From: an uncultured delta proteobacterium | Lineage (GTDB): Bacteria; Desulfobacterota; Binatia; UBA9968 | Direction: 5' to 3' | Assembly: GCA_963727625.1 (NCBI GenBank) | Contig: CAVSHR010000004.1 | Location: forward strand, 800,001 to 864,000 | DNA length: 64,000 nucleotides | In this document: positions 29,942-40,103 of the stretch, in pieces | Layout of the letters: every line of letters starts with the position of its first letter | How positions within the stretch are numbered: position 1 is the first letter of the stretch | Position numbers and translations under genes: made by a program | Notes under the pieces: generated by a model | The model's database searches: none | Told to the model about the DNA's origin: nothing | Seen by the model: the letters and a program-made list of their open reading frames with translations, nothing else

Positions 29942-30364
29942 ATACCCTACGGTGCGGCCGATTTGTTTCGAGGTAGAGGGTAGGTTTGAAACCTGCCCCG
30001 CGCCTACTTTATTCTCTGTCTAGTACTAGAAAGAATGGTTGAAATCCCCCGCCTCAGACAAAGTGAAGGTTCTCCATGCCGGCCAACGCCGGCATGGAGG
30101 TTCGTTTTCGATTAGTTCAAGAAACCCTTGGATTCGAGCTGCCACCGGAAGGACGGGACAAGAGTTGGATCCCGGTCGACCCGTTCCGAACGGCGCGGCC
30201 TGGAGACGATGGTTGGTTAAAGCGAAAACATCAGCTTGCGCAGTCCCGTCACAGGAACTCTTAACCTAATCCTTCCATTTGCTCGCAGCGCTCTGTCACG
30301 CGTCGATATTCCTTTTAAAACAGTTTATTTTGAAGTGAAATTTGCCGACAGGAAACAAATACCC

Positions 30365-31402
30365 GTGAAAGCAATTCGTATTCACCGGCATGGCGGCGTC
30401 GATCAATTGCGCTACGAAGACGCCGATGCCCCTAAGCTGGATTCTCCCGAGGACGTGATTATTAAGCTCGAATCCGCCGCCCTGAACCATATCGATATCT
30501 GGGTGCGCAAGGGCTCGACCGGGATGGAAATCCCGATGCCGCACATTCTTGGCGCTGACGGTGCCGGCGTCGTTGTTGAGGTCGGCAGCAACGTGAAAAG
30601 CGTTAAACCCGGCGACAACGTCTGCCTTTATTCTTTCACCGGGTGCGGTAAATGCGAATTTTGCCTTTCGGATCGCGATTTCATGTGCATCCGGGTGAGA
30701 GCGCTGGGTGAACGCTTGGACGGCACCTACGCGGAATACGTAAAAGCAGCTCCGAAAAACTGCTTTCGGATGCCTTCCTATATGACGTTCGACGAAGCCG
30801 CGGCGTTCCCTCTCGTATTTGTGACTGTGTGGCGCATGCTGGTTGCCAATGCCCGATTAAAACCGGGCGAAAGCCTGCTCATCATCGGCATCGGCGGCGG
30901 CGTGGCCAGCGCCGCGCTCCAAGTGGCGAAACGGATTGGCGCGCGCGTTATCGTGACTTCAGGCAGTGACGAAAAAATCGAGCGCGCAAAGCTCTTAGGC
31001 GCCGATCACGGCATCAATCATCATCGGAGGAACTTCGCCGAGGAAGTTCGTCTTGTGACCGACGATCGCGGCGTGGATGTCGTTCTCGACAGTGTCGCAG
31101 GCGAAGTATGGCAGAAGAGCTTAACTTCTCTTGCTCACGGCGGCCGGCTGGTCACCTGCGGGGCTACCGCGGGCGGCGAACCCGACGACGATTTGAACGC
31201 GATTATTTCGAAAGAGCTAAAAATTTACGGCTCGACCCTCGGCAGCCGGGAAGACTTTCGCCAGCTTCTGAACTTTCTAGAAGTCGCGCGAATTCATCCG
31301 ATCATCGACAGCAAATTCCCTTTGAAGGAGGCGGCATCGGCCCAGCGGCGCATGGAAGAAGGGCGGCAGTTCGGGAAGATTCTGTTGCAGAGTTCCCCGT
31401 GA
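30365..31402 (+). CDS. Zinc-binding medium-chain dehydrogenase/reductase
   Basis: LNHID, ILGADGAG, CGKCEFC...C structural Zn site, GGRLVTCGAT; probable GTG start. Confidence 0.9.
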   Translation: MKAIRIHRHGGVDQLRYEDADAPKLDSPEDVIIKLESAALNHIDIWVRKGSTGMEIPMPHILGADGAGVVVEVGSNVKSVKPGDNVCLYSFTGCGKCEFCLSDRDFMCIRVRALGERLDGTYAEYVKAAPKNCFRMPSYMTFDEAAAFPLVFVTVWRMLVANARLKPGESLLIIGIGGGVASAALQVAKRIGARVIVTSGSDEKIERAKLLGADHGINHHRRNFAEEVRLVTDDRGVDVVLDSVAGEVWQKSLTSLAHGGRLVTCGATAGGEPDDDLNAIISKELKIYGSTLGSREDFRQLLNFLEVARIHPIIDSKFPLKEAASAQRRMEEGRQFGKILLQSSP

Positions 31403-31692
31403 CGCGCTGGCAACCACGAGTAAGGAAATGGACCAGCGATGAGTACGAATCGTTCTAATCACCAGGGGTGGTTTTTCGCTTTGGGATTATTCCCGGCGAT
31501 CAGACACAGAGAGTTTTCGACTCCCTTGAACTAAGCTTGGAAATTTTCTTGATGTAGCGCTAGGTAAAAAGACCATAGGTGTTCGACGACATGCTACGAT
31601 CGCTGATGCCCGGCGCTGGATCGCGCGGGAGCTTCTCGATAGGGCTCAAAACTGCTTGAACTCCAGGCAGTCAACCCCTTAGAAACATTGCA

Positions 31693-32664
31693 TTATGGTT
31701 GCGGATCGCGCAGAAAACCGCGGCGCATGAGTTGCTCGGCGCAGTTTTCCAAATGTCTGATCTGATCGCTGGTGGCAATGCGCAGCACTAGAGTACGCGC
31801 GCCGGCATCAGCGTAGGCCTGGATCTGATCTATCACATGCTCCCAACTGCCCATCACGCAGATCATCGCCTTGGCCACCGCTTCGTAGGGCCGGTTGTAA
31901 TATTGCGACAAAAAGATCCGGCCTTCGCGGATGGCGCTGTCATCGCCGGCTGCAAGGGTGAAATAGAGTCCGGGCTCGATCGCTTGAGGATCACGCCCGG
32001 CTTCGGCCGCATAGGAGCGAATTTTTTCCAGGCACTCTCCGTAGATCTTTGGATCGGTGATGTTGTTGAGCCAGCCGTCGGCCATGCGTGCGACCCTCTT
32101 CAAGCCCGGCTCGATGTTATTGGACGCAAGCCAGATCGGCACGCCGCCGCGTTGGATGGGTTTCGGCTCCACCGTTACGTGCTCGAAGCTCGAAAAATTA
32201 CCCGCGTATGTGACGTCGTTTTCGCGCCATAGCTTGCGAATGATCTGAACCAGCTCTTCGCTTATTTTGATCCGTTTGGCCGGATCATGACCGAGAACCC
32301 TATATTCATGTTCCTGCACCGGATCGTTGGGCCGGCTGTATCCGATGCCGAGATCGACTCGGCCGCGGCTAAGCCAATCGACCGTGCCGACCATATGCGC
32401 GACCAGGACGGGATTTCTGAGCGCGGCGAGATAAACCGCCGTGCCCAAGCGAATGCGCCGGGTCCGGGCACCGACGGCGGCGAGCGTCGTGAGCGCGTCA
32501 AGGCGCGGCTTGGCCACCACACTATCGCCGACCCAGACCGAGTGAAAGCCGAGCGCCTCGGTACGTTCGGCCAGATCGTAGATACTGCTCGGTTCAGACC
32601 TGCCGGAGAGGATCACTTCCCGGGTGGGCAAAAGGATGCCGAATTTCGTTTGCGACTCGCTCAT
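31693..32664 (-). CDS. LLM class flavin-dependent oxidoreductase
   Basis: GFHSVWVGD, RTRRIRLGTAV, SRGRVDLGIG, EPKPIQ. Confidence 0.9.
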   Translation of the reverse strand: MSESQTKFGILLPTREVILSGRSEPSSIYDLAERTEALGFHSVWVGDSVVAKPRLDALTTLAAVGARTRRIRLGTAVYLAALRNPVLVAHMVGTVDWLSRGRVDLGIGYSRPNDPVQEHEYRVLGHDPAKRIKISEELVQIIRKLWRENDVTYAGNFSSFEHVTVEPKPIQRGGVPIWLASNNIEPGLKRVARMADGWLNNITDPKIYGECLEKIRSYAAEAGRDPQAIEPGLYFTLAAGDDSAIREGRIFLSQYYNRPYEAVAKAMICVMGSWEHVIDQIQAYADAGARTLVLRIATSDQIRHLENCAEQLMRRGFLRDPQP

Positions 32665-32733
32665 CTTGCAATGTTGAGGCGTGAGAAGTGAGAAGTAGGA
32701 CCTTATAAACTCGGCCTGTTCACCGCTCACTCC

Positions 32734-33201
32734 TCACTTCTTACTTTTTTTCTCATCCGCGCCGCGGATCAGTCGCGCGACATCATACTCCATGATCGTT
32801 TCACCGCGCTGATTCTTCACCCACTGGCGATAGCGCACGATGCCGCCGCCGCGCGCCGGCACCGGCTTGGTGTCGAGCACTTCGATCTCGACTTGGATCG
32901 TGTCGTTGATTTTAACTGGACCAAAGAGACGCATCTTGTCGAGGCCGGCAAAGGCCATACCGGTGCCATGAATGAGCCCGGTCTGCACGGTCAATCCCTC
33001 TGCCATGCCGAAGGTCAGGCTTCCGGGCGCGATGCGATCGCCGTAAAGGCTTTCCTTGCGGATATACTCCATGTCGAGAAACAGCGGTTCGGTAAGTCCA
33101 ACCAGCGTGACAAACTGCAAAATGTCATGCTCGGTGATCGTACGCCGGTCCGTGGAATAGCGGTCGCCGACATGAAACTCATCGAATGTTTTACCCGTCA
33201 T
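32734..33201 (-). CDS. MaoC family dehydratase
   Basis: RTITEHDI, PLFLD, RIAPG, PVKINDTI, NQRGE. Confidence 0.88.
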   Translation of the reverse strand: MTGKTFDEFHVGDRYSTDRRTITEHDILQFVTLVGLTEPLFLDMEYIRKESLYGDRIAPGSLTFGMAEGLTVQTGLIHGTGMAFAGLDKMRLFGPVKINDTIQVEIEVLDTKPVPARGGGIVRYRQWVKNQRGETIMEYDVARLIRGADEKKSKK

Positions 33202-34454
33202 ATAACCTTCTCTCTTTTTAGCTCCTCGACCGCTTTCGCGCTCAGGCCGAGCCAGTCTTTGAGAATCTCCCCGCTATGCTCGCCAAGCAGCGGCGGCGGG
33301 ATTCTGACCGATGCCGGCGTCACCGAAAACTTCACCGGTATCCCCGCCATGCGCACTTTGCCGGCCGTCGGATGTTCGACTTCCATCAGCATATTTCGAT
33401 GCAGCACCTGCGGCGCCTGAAAGACCTGATCGATGGTCTGCACCGGCGCGCAGGGTATTTCCGCTTCCGTCAGTAGTTTGAACCAGGTTTGATTATCGCG
33501 TTGTAGAAACGTCTCCGAGAGCAGCGCGATGAGTTCGGAGCGATATTCCACCCGCTTGGAATTGTTGGCGAAGCGCGGATCGTCAGCCAACTCGGCGCGT
33601 CCGACCGCAGAGCAAAAACGTTTCCAGATCACTTCGCTGGCAACTCCGATGACCAAATAGCCGTCGGCGCTTCTGAAATTTTGATAGGGCACGATGTTGG
33701 GGTGGGCATTGCCCCAACGCGCGGGTATTTTGCCGCCGACGAGATAATTACTGCCGACGTTGATCAGCGATGCGACTTCGGCTTCGAGCAGAGAAGTATC
33801 GACGCGCTGGCCGACGCCGATTTTCTCGCGCGCAAAGAGCGCCGCGACGATTGCCTTGCCAAGCATCAGACCGGCAACCAGATCGATGATCGCCACGCCA
33901 ACTTTCACCGGCTCGCCGTCCGGCGTGCCGGTAATGCTCATCAATCCGCCCCACGCTTGAACGATGAGATCGTACCCCGGCCAATCGCTCATCGGCCCGT
34001 CGGCGCCGAAGCCGGTCAGCGAAGCGTAGACCAGTCCTGGATTTTTCTCGCGCAGTTCCTTTTCGCCTAAACCAAGCCGCTCCATGGTGCCGGGGCGAAA
34101 ATTTTCGATGATTACGTCTGCTGCCGTGGCCAATTGCCGCAGTAGCTCGACGGCCGCCGGCGACTTCAAATCCAACGCGAGACTCTTTTTGTTGCGGTTA
34201 ATGCAAAGGTAATAAGCACTCTCGCCGCCGGCAAAGGGCGGCCCCCAGCCGCGCGTATCGTCGCCGACACCAGGTTGTTCAACCTTGACGACTTCCGCTC
34301 CCAGGTCGCCGAGAAACATCGAGCAGTAGGGACCGGCAACGACGCGCGTCAAATCGAGCACGCGCACGCCATGGAGCGGGCCATTGTAGGATCGATCATG
34401 GTTCAAATCGTTCAACCGCTTTGCTCCGTTCAAGCCGTTCAAAATGTATCGCAA
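33198..34454 (-). CDS. CaiB/BaiF family III CoA transferase (start uncertain)
   Basis: GVRVLDLTRVVAGPY, NRNKKS, ENFRPG, PGYD, PPLLGEH. Confidence 0.93.
   Translation of the reverse strand: MRYILNGLNGAKRLNDLNHDRSYNGPLHGVRVLDLTRVVAGPYCSMFLGDLGAEVVKVEQPGVGDDTRGWGPPFAGGESAYYLCINRNKKSLALDLKSPAAVELLRQLATAADVIIENFRPGTMERLGLGEKELREKNPGLVYASLTGFGADGPMSDWPGYDLIVQAWGGLMSITGTPDGEPVKVGVAIIDLVAGLMLGKAIVAALFAREKIGVGQRVDTSLLEAEVASLINVGSNYLVGGKIPARWGNAHPNIVPYQNFRSADGYLVIGVASEVIWKRFCSAVGRAELADDPRFANNSKRVEYRSELIALLSETFLQRDNQTWFKLLTEAEIPCAPVQTIDQVFQAPQVLHRNMLMEVEHPTAGKVRMAGIPVKFSVTPASVRIPPPLLGEHSGEILKDWLGLSAKAVEELKREKVI
34400..34443. repeat. GTTCAA/TTGAAC short-repeat element (one of ~6 copies)
   Basis: GTTCAAATCGTTCAACCGC...CGTTCAAGCCGTTCAA; similar tracts near 4037, 14530, 21283, 26439, 36680. 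Confidence 0.7.
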
Positions 34455-34548
34455 TTGCCGTTAAAGAAATCGACTCCCGTTCCACCATTCCGGCGCATTC
34501 CGGAATCCAGATTTTTTGATCCGGATCTTGGAAAGAGATTATGCTGCA

Positions 34549-34923
34549 TCATTTAAAGTCGATGCCTTTTGTCTTGAGAATTTCTTGGAGCGTGTCGACT
34601 CCCGCCCAGAGACCCGGCATGCCGCCGGGAATCGCCGCGACCTCCATCGCCTCGAGCACTTCCTTGGGCGTCGCTCCGAGAGTGAGCGCCCGCTCGCTGT
34701 GCAGACGAATGCCGCGTGGCCGGAGCAGAGCGCAACAAATGCCGACCATGATCAGCTCTTTAGTCTTTCGCGGCAGCGCACCCTCGCGCCCGAAGGTGCC
34801 GTCGACATAAAGCCCTTTGAGCTTGTCGAAATACTCAGGGTCTAATTTGAAAATTACATCGTAAGCGCTGTTCTCCGAGCCCAGGCCGACTTTCTTGAAA
34901 GCTTCTTTCGCTTCATCCGCCAT
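34549..34923 (-). CDS. Carboxymuconolactone decarboxylase / AhpD-like protein
   Basis: ALPRKTKELI, H-x-x-RA-x-x-LGAT; SD GGGAGG before ATG 34923. Confidence 0.82.
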   Translation of the reverse strand: MADEAKEAFKKVGLGSENSAYDVIFKLDPEYFDKLKGLYVDGTFGREGALPRKTKELIMVGICCALLRPRGIRLHSERALTLGATPKEVLEAMEVAAIPGGMPGLWAGVDTLQEILKTKGIDFK

Positions 34924-34936
34924 GTATAATCCTCCC

Positions 34937-36637
34937 CTAATCTTTTCGGGTGTTCTGCGCGATGACGACGTCGACCAGCGCCGGACCATTCTGTTCCAGC
35001 GCGCGCTTGATCGCCGGCTCGATGGCATCCGGTTCTTCGACCCGTTGGCCGTATATACCGAATGTCTCTGCGAGCCGAGCGAAATTCAGCTCGGGGCTAA
35101 CGAGCTCCGCGCCCATCTCAGCGGCCATGCGAATGCGCTCTTCCGAGCCACGGAATTGATTTTTAACCGCCATGTAGGCGCGGTTATTGAACACGATCAC
35201 CAACACCGGCACGCGATACTTCGCCAGAGTCCAAAGCCCTTGAAGGCCGAACATGCTGCTGCCGTCACCCAGACAGGCCACCACGCGGCGCTTCGGCGCG
35301 GCGAGCTTGGCGCCGATCGAAGCCCCCAACCCCCAGCCAAGATAGCCGCCCGATGAATTGGAAAAGTACGAGCGTCCCGGCGAGAATTGAAAATTCGCCA
35401 TCAAGATATCCTTGCTGGTGGGACTCTCGTTGACGATCAAAGTGTCCTTTTCGAGCAGGCGGTCCATCGTGCGTGCCAAACGGGCCGCGCTGATCGGCGT
35501 ACCATCCCAGCCTTGTTTCACGCGGGTTTCGAGCTCGACCTTCACCTGTTCTTGGGCTTTTTGAATCGTCGCCAATCTCTCTTCTCGACCGTTCGCTGAA
35601 CCGGTGACTTTGGGATAGCTATCGAGGAGCGCGCGCAGCGCGCTCTTGCCGTCGGCGATAATGCCGAGATCCACCGGAAATACCTTGCCGATCTCCCAGG
35701 GATCTTCCTCGATGTGGATGCAGCGCGTGCCGGGCTTCATTACCGGATCGGGCAGAAAGCGATATTCGCGGATCAACCGGCAGCCGATGGCCAAAATCAC
35801 ATCGGGGTCGCCCCACACCGGCAAATTAAAAGACGGGTTGCGCTCGGCGATCTGGAAGCTCTGCGGATGGTCTGTGGGAAAACTTAGAAACGAATAGCGC
35901 GGCTCCATCACCACCGGCGCGCCGAGCATCTCGGCGAATTTGACCAGCTCCTCAGTGCCGCGGGCCTTGGCGATGCCGCTGCCGGCGACGATGAGCGGTC
36001 TTCTCGCCTTGGCGAGCATTTGCGCCGCCTCTTCGAGCGCCTCGGGATCAGCGGCCACCCGCGGCGTGACCCGCGAACGTTCCGCCGCGGGATTCTTGAC
36101 GTCGATGGGGTCGCCGAGCAAGTTGCTCGGGAGAGCCAAATAAACCGGACCGGTAGGAGGCGTGGCCGCGACTTTGAATGCGCGATTTAAAAATTCCGGG
36201 ATGCGATCGGCGCGATGAACTTCCGCGCTCCACTTGGTGAACTGCTTGGTCATCTCGACCAAATCCTTGCCTTCGGTGTGCGAATCGCGCCCAACGATGC
36301 GGGTATCCACATGGGTCGAGGTAACCACGACGGGAGAGCGGTCGCGAAAGGCATCGTACAACGCTCCCACCGCGTTGCAGGAACCCGGCAGCGTGCTTAC
36401 TTGCGCGATCGACGGCCGGCCCGTAACCCGAGCGTAACCGTCCGCCATGGAGACCACACAGGTTTCGTGCAGTGCCAGCACGAAGCGGACCTTTTCCTGA
36501 TCGGCGATGGTGCCGATAAATTCCTGCCCGCTGGTGCCCGGCAAGCCGAAAACATAGTCGACACCATGGTCCACCGCGACTTCGAGATAGGCCTGCGCTG
36601 CGGTTTTTTGCATGCCGCCATTGTCAGCCATGTTCAA
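34937..36637 (-). CDS. Thiamine pyrophosphate-dependent enzyme, benzoylformate decarboxylase-like
   Basis: VFGLPGT, LHE...MADGYAR, GPVYL, GDGS...NN. Confidence 0.88.
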   Translation of the reverse strand: MNMADNGGMQKTAAQAYLEVAVDHGVDYVFGLPGTSGQEFIGTIADQEKVRFVLALHETCVVSMADGYARVTGRPSIAQVSTLPGSCNAVGALYDAFRDRSPVVVTSTHVDTRIVGRDSHTEGKDLVEMTKQFTKWSAEVHRADRIPEFLNRAFKVAATPPTGPVYLALPSNLLGDPIDVKNPAAERSRVTPRVAADPEALEEAAQMLAKARRPLIVAGSGIAKARGTEELVKFAEMLGAPVVMEPRYSFLSFPTDHPQSFQIAERNPSFNLPVWGDPDVILAIGCRLIREYRFLPDPVMKPGTRCIHIEEDPWEIGKVFPVDLGIIADGKSALRALLDSYPKVTGSANGREERLATIQKAQEQVKVELETRVKQGWDGTPISAARLARTMDRLLEKDTLIVNESPTSKDILMANFQFSPGRSYFSNSSGGYLGWGLGASIGAKLAAPKRRVVACLGDGSSMFGLQGLWTLAKYRVPVLVIVFNNRAYMAVKNQFRGSEERIRMAAEMGAELVSPELNFARLAETFGIYGQRVEEPDAIEPAIKRALEQNGPALVDVVIAQNTRKD

Positions 36638-36802
36638 TATCTCCTTTACTCTCCGTGTCCCCTGTACGCTCGATGGCCCCGTTCAAATGTTCCAATGTTC
36701 AAGGTTCAAGGTATAGTTCGGTCGCCAAGTCGCATTTGTTCCAGTTGTCATAACCGAAACCTTGAACTTTGAACGCTGGAAGCTTGTCCGGCAGTTAGCC
36801 CT

Positions 36803-37798
36803 TTATTGATACAACCGGTCGATAAAGCCGCTGTCGTCCAATTCTTTTAGCAATGAAATGTTCATGATCCGTTCCGGCGGAACATTCGCCGCCTCCGGCC
36901 GGTCCTTCGCCGCCAGTTCCAATAGCGCTTTGATTCCCTGCGCCGTCGGATAGGGTTTCTTGGGGACGATCTTGTTGGCGAAATAATCCCAGGTGGCGCG
37001 GACCGCTTCCATGTCGTTGGTGCGCATGTACCTGGCGATAATCGCCATGCTTTCTTTTTTCCGCGTTTTGTAAAAATGGATGCCCTCGACAAACGCCTTC
37101 ACCAGCCGAAGCGCCGCGGGGCGGTTTTTCTTGATAAATCTTTGGCTGCTCGCCAAACCGGTGATCTGGTACTCCGCTCCGAGCTCGGACATATCCATTA
37201 GCACGTTCATCCCCTGCCGCTGGGCAATGGTCGTAATCGGCGGCAATAGAATGGCTGCTTCGAGCCGTCCGGCGCTCATCGCCGCCAATCGGGTCGACTG
37301 CTCGCCCAACTGCAGGATCGTCACCTCGCTCGGCTCGATGCCCATGCGTTTGAGCGCGAAGCGGGCGGCAATATCCGGCGCAGTACCGAAGCGATTGACA
37401 CCGACTCGCCTGCCCTTGAGCTGCTCGGGTTTGGTGATCTGTTTCACGGTGACCACCTGAAAGGCAAAAGTGTTGACGATACCTGCGATCATCACTAGAT
37501 CGCTGCCGCTCAAATGACTGCTCACCACCGCCGGCCCGGCCATCGCCACGGCCTGCACCTCCCCGGCGATCATCGAAGCGGCCGCCGTCGGCCCGCCGGG
37601 AATGAAGATCAAGTTGACATCGAGTCCGTTTTTCCTAAATAGCCCGGCTTCTTTGGTGATCCAAATCGGCGCGAAAGCGCCGGCCTGGGCACTGTAGCCG
37701 ATATTCATTTTTTCCAGTTTATCTTGGGATCGAACAATCCCCGGCGCCAAGAACAGGTTCACAACCAAAATGCTGTAAAATAGTAAGCGACCTTTCAT
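36803..37798 (-). CDS. NitT/TauT family ABC substrate-binding protein
   Basis: Signal peptide; GLFRKNGLDV, LKGRRVGV, KPYPT, ELDDSGFIDRLY. Confidence 0.9.
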   Translation of the reverse strand: MKGRLLFYSILVVNLFLAPGIVRSQDKLEKMNIGYSAQAGAFAPIWITKEAGLFRKNGLDVNLIFIPGGPTAAASMIAGEVQAVAMAGPAVVSSHLSGSDLVMIAGIVNTFAFQVVTVKQITKPEQLKGRRVGVNRFGTAPDIAARFALKRMGIEPSEVTILQLGEQSTRLAAMSAGRLEAAILLPPITTIAQRQGMNVLMDMSELGAEYQITGLASSQRFIKKNRPAALRLVKAFVEGIHFYKTRKKESMAIIARYMRTNDMEAVRATWDYFANKIVPKKPYPTAQGIKALLELAAKDRPEAANVPPERIMNISLLKELDDSGFIDRLYQ

Positions 37799-37935
37799 TA
37801 AGTCTCTCCAAGTCCAATTTTGCTATTCAACAGGTTATCGGGCCAGGCCTCCATGCCTGCCCATTCCAAGGAGGCAACCACAGCGGGCCACCTCAACAAA
37901 ATTTTTTCTAAAACAAATCGCTGCTTTCTAAGAGG

Positions 37936-38775
37936 TCATGTCAAAAGCCCGAAAAGATTCCGCGCGTTCTCCCGTAGCAATTTTTCCTTCACGCTATCTT
38001 TGAAACCCATTTTATCGAAGCTAACCAACGCCTTCGCCAAGTCTACGTACGGAAAATCAGTGCCGAATAACGCTTTGTCCTGCAAGCGGCTGCCGATCGC
38101 CTTTTGAAAAACCTCCGGCAGTTGTTCGGCGAGATAGCCGGAGGTATCGACATAGAGATTTTTTTTATGGGTCACCACCCCGATGGTCTCTTCGACCCAA
38201 GGCCAGCCCGGATGGGCGGCGATGATTTTCATTCGGGGAAAATCCCTAGCGACGGCGTCTAGATGAATCGGCCGGCCGAAGTCAAGACCGATACCGCTGC
38301 CGCCCTCGGTATTGGCGCCGAGCACGGTAAACCCGACGTGGAACAACGATGGCTTGCCCCCCGCCTGCAAAACCTCCCAGATCGGATAATATTTTTTATC
38401 ACTCGGATAAAAACCCTGATCAGGGGGATGAAATTTAAAACCCACCACCTGCGGATTTTTGATAAGCTCTTCGGCGTAACCCGCCACCGCAGTCAGGTCC
38501 TCGGCGTTGGTATCCAAGGACGCGAGCACGCCGGCGAATGCTTTCGGATAACCGGCGACCAGCTCGAGCGCGTGACCATTGGTATTGCGCCCGCCCTCAT
38601 GAACCGTGGACGGATGCCAACCAATCAGCAGCGCCTTGACATCATGCCGCAAATACAAATCGGCGAAGCCTTGCGCCGTCTGCGGCACTTCGCTCAAGTC
38701 CCGGCGAAAATAATTGCACGCGTCGGTATCAAGGCCGCGCGTGCTTGGGTGTACGTGAACGTCAATGGCGCGCAT
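37936..38775 (-). CDS. Amidohydrolase_2 family protein
   Basis: DVHVH, GFKFHP, FHVG, AHPGWPW, FGTDFP; SD AAGGAG. Confidence 0.9.
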   Translation of the reverse strand: MRAIDVHVHPSTRGLDTDACNYFRRDLSEVPQTAQGFADLYLRHDVKALLIGWHPSTVHEGGRNTNGHALELVAGYPKAFAGVLASLDTNAEDLTAVAGYAEELIKNPQVVGFKFHPPDQGFYPSDKKYYPIWEVLQAGGKPSLFHVGFTVLGANTEGGSGIGLDFGRPIHLDAVARDFPRMKIIAAHPGWPWVEETIGVVTHKKNLYVDTSGYLAEQLPEVFQKAIGSRLQDKALFGTDFPYVDLAKALVSFDKMGFKDSVKEKLLRENARNLFGLLT

Positions 38776-39016
38776 GGCCGCTCCTTTCGACAAAGGCCGG
38801 CGCCCAAGGATTTGACTGACGGTCTTCGTAAAACCTTTGCCCTTGATCGGTCACGGCGTGCAGCTGCTTTGCCACGCCGTCGACGGCCTCCATACTCGCC
38901 CCCGCTTCGAGATCGTTGGTCTGCCCCGGTTTTCGCCCGCGATCGTTTAGAAAGGCGATGTCGAAACCCATCACGCCGAGACCGAGAACCCCGACGGTTT
39001 TGATCGCATCATTCAT
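38762..39016 (-). pseudogene. 3-hydroxyacyl-CoA dehydrogenase gene with large internal deletion
   Basis: KTVGVLGLGVMGFDIA Rossmann start, then only a short fragment; a full gene would be roughly 280+ aa. Confidence 0.62.
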
Positions 39017-39037
39017 GTGCTTCTTTCTCTCAAACAA

Positions 39038-39907
39038 CTAAACGAGATTCTCCACCAGCGCCGCCGGTTGAATATCGCGCGCGCGAGAGTCTTGCAGCGC
39101 CACTTCTCGCAATATGGAATTGATCGAATTCTCTGAAGGCGTCAAGGAAGAAGTGAATTCCGCCGCAAACAACCGATAACATTTCTCCACGACCTGCGGC
39201 GTCTTGGCGAGCGCCGGAAGCCAGCGGTTGATCTCTTTGATGGTTTGCTGCGGCTGGCTCTTGAAGAGTTGCACGCTTTCGCCGTAAATCGCAACTATTT
39301 TGCGCACCAACTCCGTGTTATCGCGCAGAAATCGACGGCTGGTCGCAAGCGGCACCCAATGGCAGTCGAGTTCCAAGCTGTCGGCAATGACGCGCAAGCC
39401 TTCGGCCTCCGCCAAAAATGCCTTCTCCGGCGGCAACAGAGCGGCATCGATCTGCCCTTCCATCAGCACGTCAAAACTTCTGTCGTTGATACCCGAATCG
39501 ACAACTTTCAAGTCCTTGCCGATCGCGAAGCCCCACTTTCTTAAAAGAGCGAGCATGACCATTCCTGCCATCCGCCGCGGCTGATTGATGCCGACGCGCT
39601 TGCCCCTGAGGTTCGCCACCGTGGCGATACTCGGATGTGCCGCCAAATAAAAAACCGGGCGATTGAGCAGTCCCGCGACGATGACTATATCACTCCCTTC
39701 GAGCACGGAAAAAACCAGCGAGGGCGCGTTCGGAGTACCGATGGGTGTCGCTCCGGAAACGATGTCCGGCACGGCCCGCTCTTCGTCCCGCTGATTGACG
39801 ATTTCGACCGGAACTTTTTCCCGTTCGAAAAGACCCGCAGCCTGGGCAACCAGCGGCAGAAAACGACCGATACTCGAAACTCCGATGCCGATTTTGATTG
39901 GATCCAT
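39038..39907 (-). CDS. NitT/TauT substrate-binding-fold protein, no signal peptide
   Basis: AGLFERE, NLRGKRVGI, GQIDAALLPP, QDSRA. Confidence 0.75.
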   Translation of the reverse strand: MDPIKIGIGVSSIGRFLPLVAQAAGLFEREKVPVEIVNQRDEERAVPDIVSGATPIGTPNAPSLVFSVLEGSDIVIVAGLLNRPVFYLAAHPSIATVANLRGKRVGINQPRRMAGMVMLALLRKWGFAIGKDLKVVDSGINDRSFDVLMEGQIDAALLPPEKAFLAEAEGLRVIADSLELDCHWVPLATSRRFLRDNTELVRKIVAIYGESVQLFKSQPQQTIKEINRWLPALAKTPQVVEKCYRLFAAEFTSSLTPSENSINSILREVALQDSRARDIQPAALVENLV

Positions 39908-40103
39908 AGAGTTTTTATAAAGCGGCAATTGTTAAACCGGTGCGGGCTCGAATCTTGCAAATAAGGTGTCCCACGCTCCGAAAAGGCGGACCGAGATCTC
40001 AATGATCAGTGCGGTGCGATGAAAATTATGCATTTCGGTTCCTTCGTATACGCCACCGGCGGTTTTTCGCACTAACGCTAGCCTTACTTTGCGGCTAATG
40101 TTC

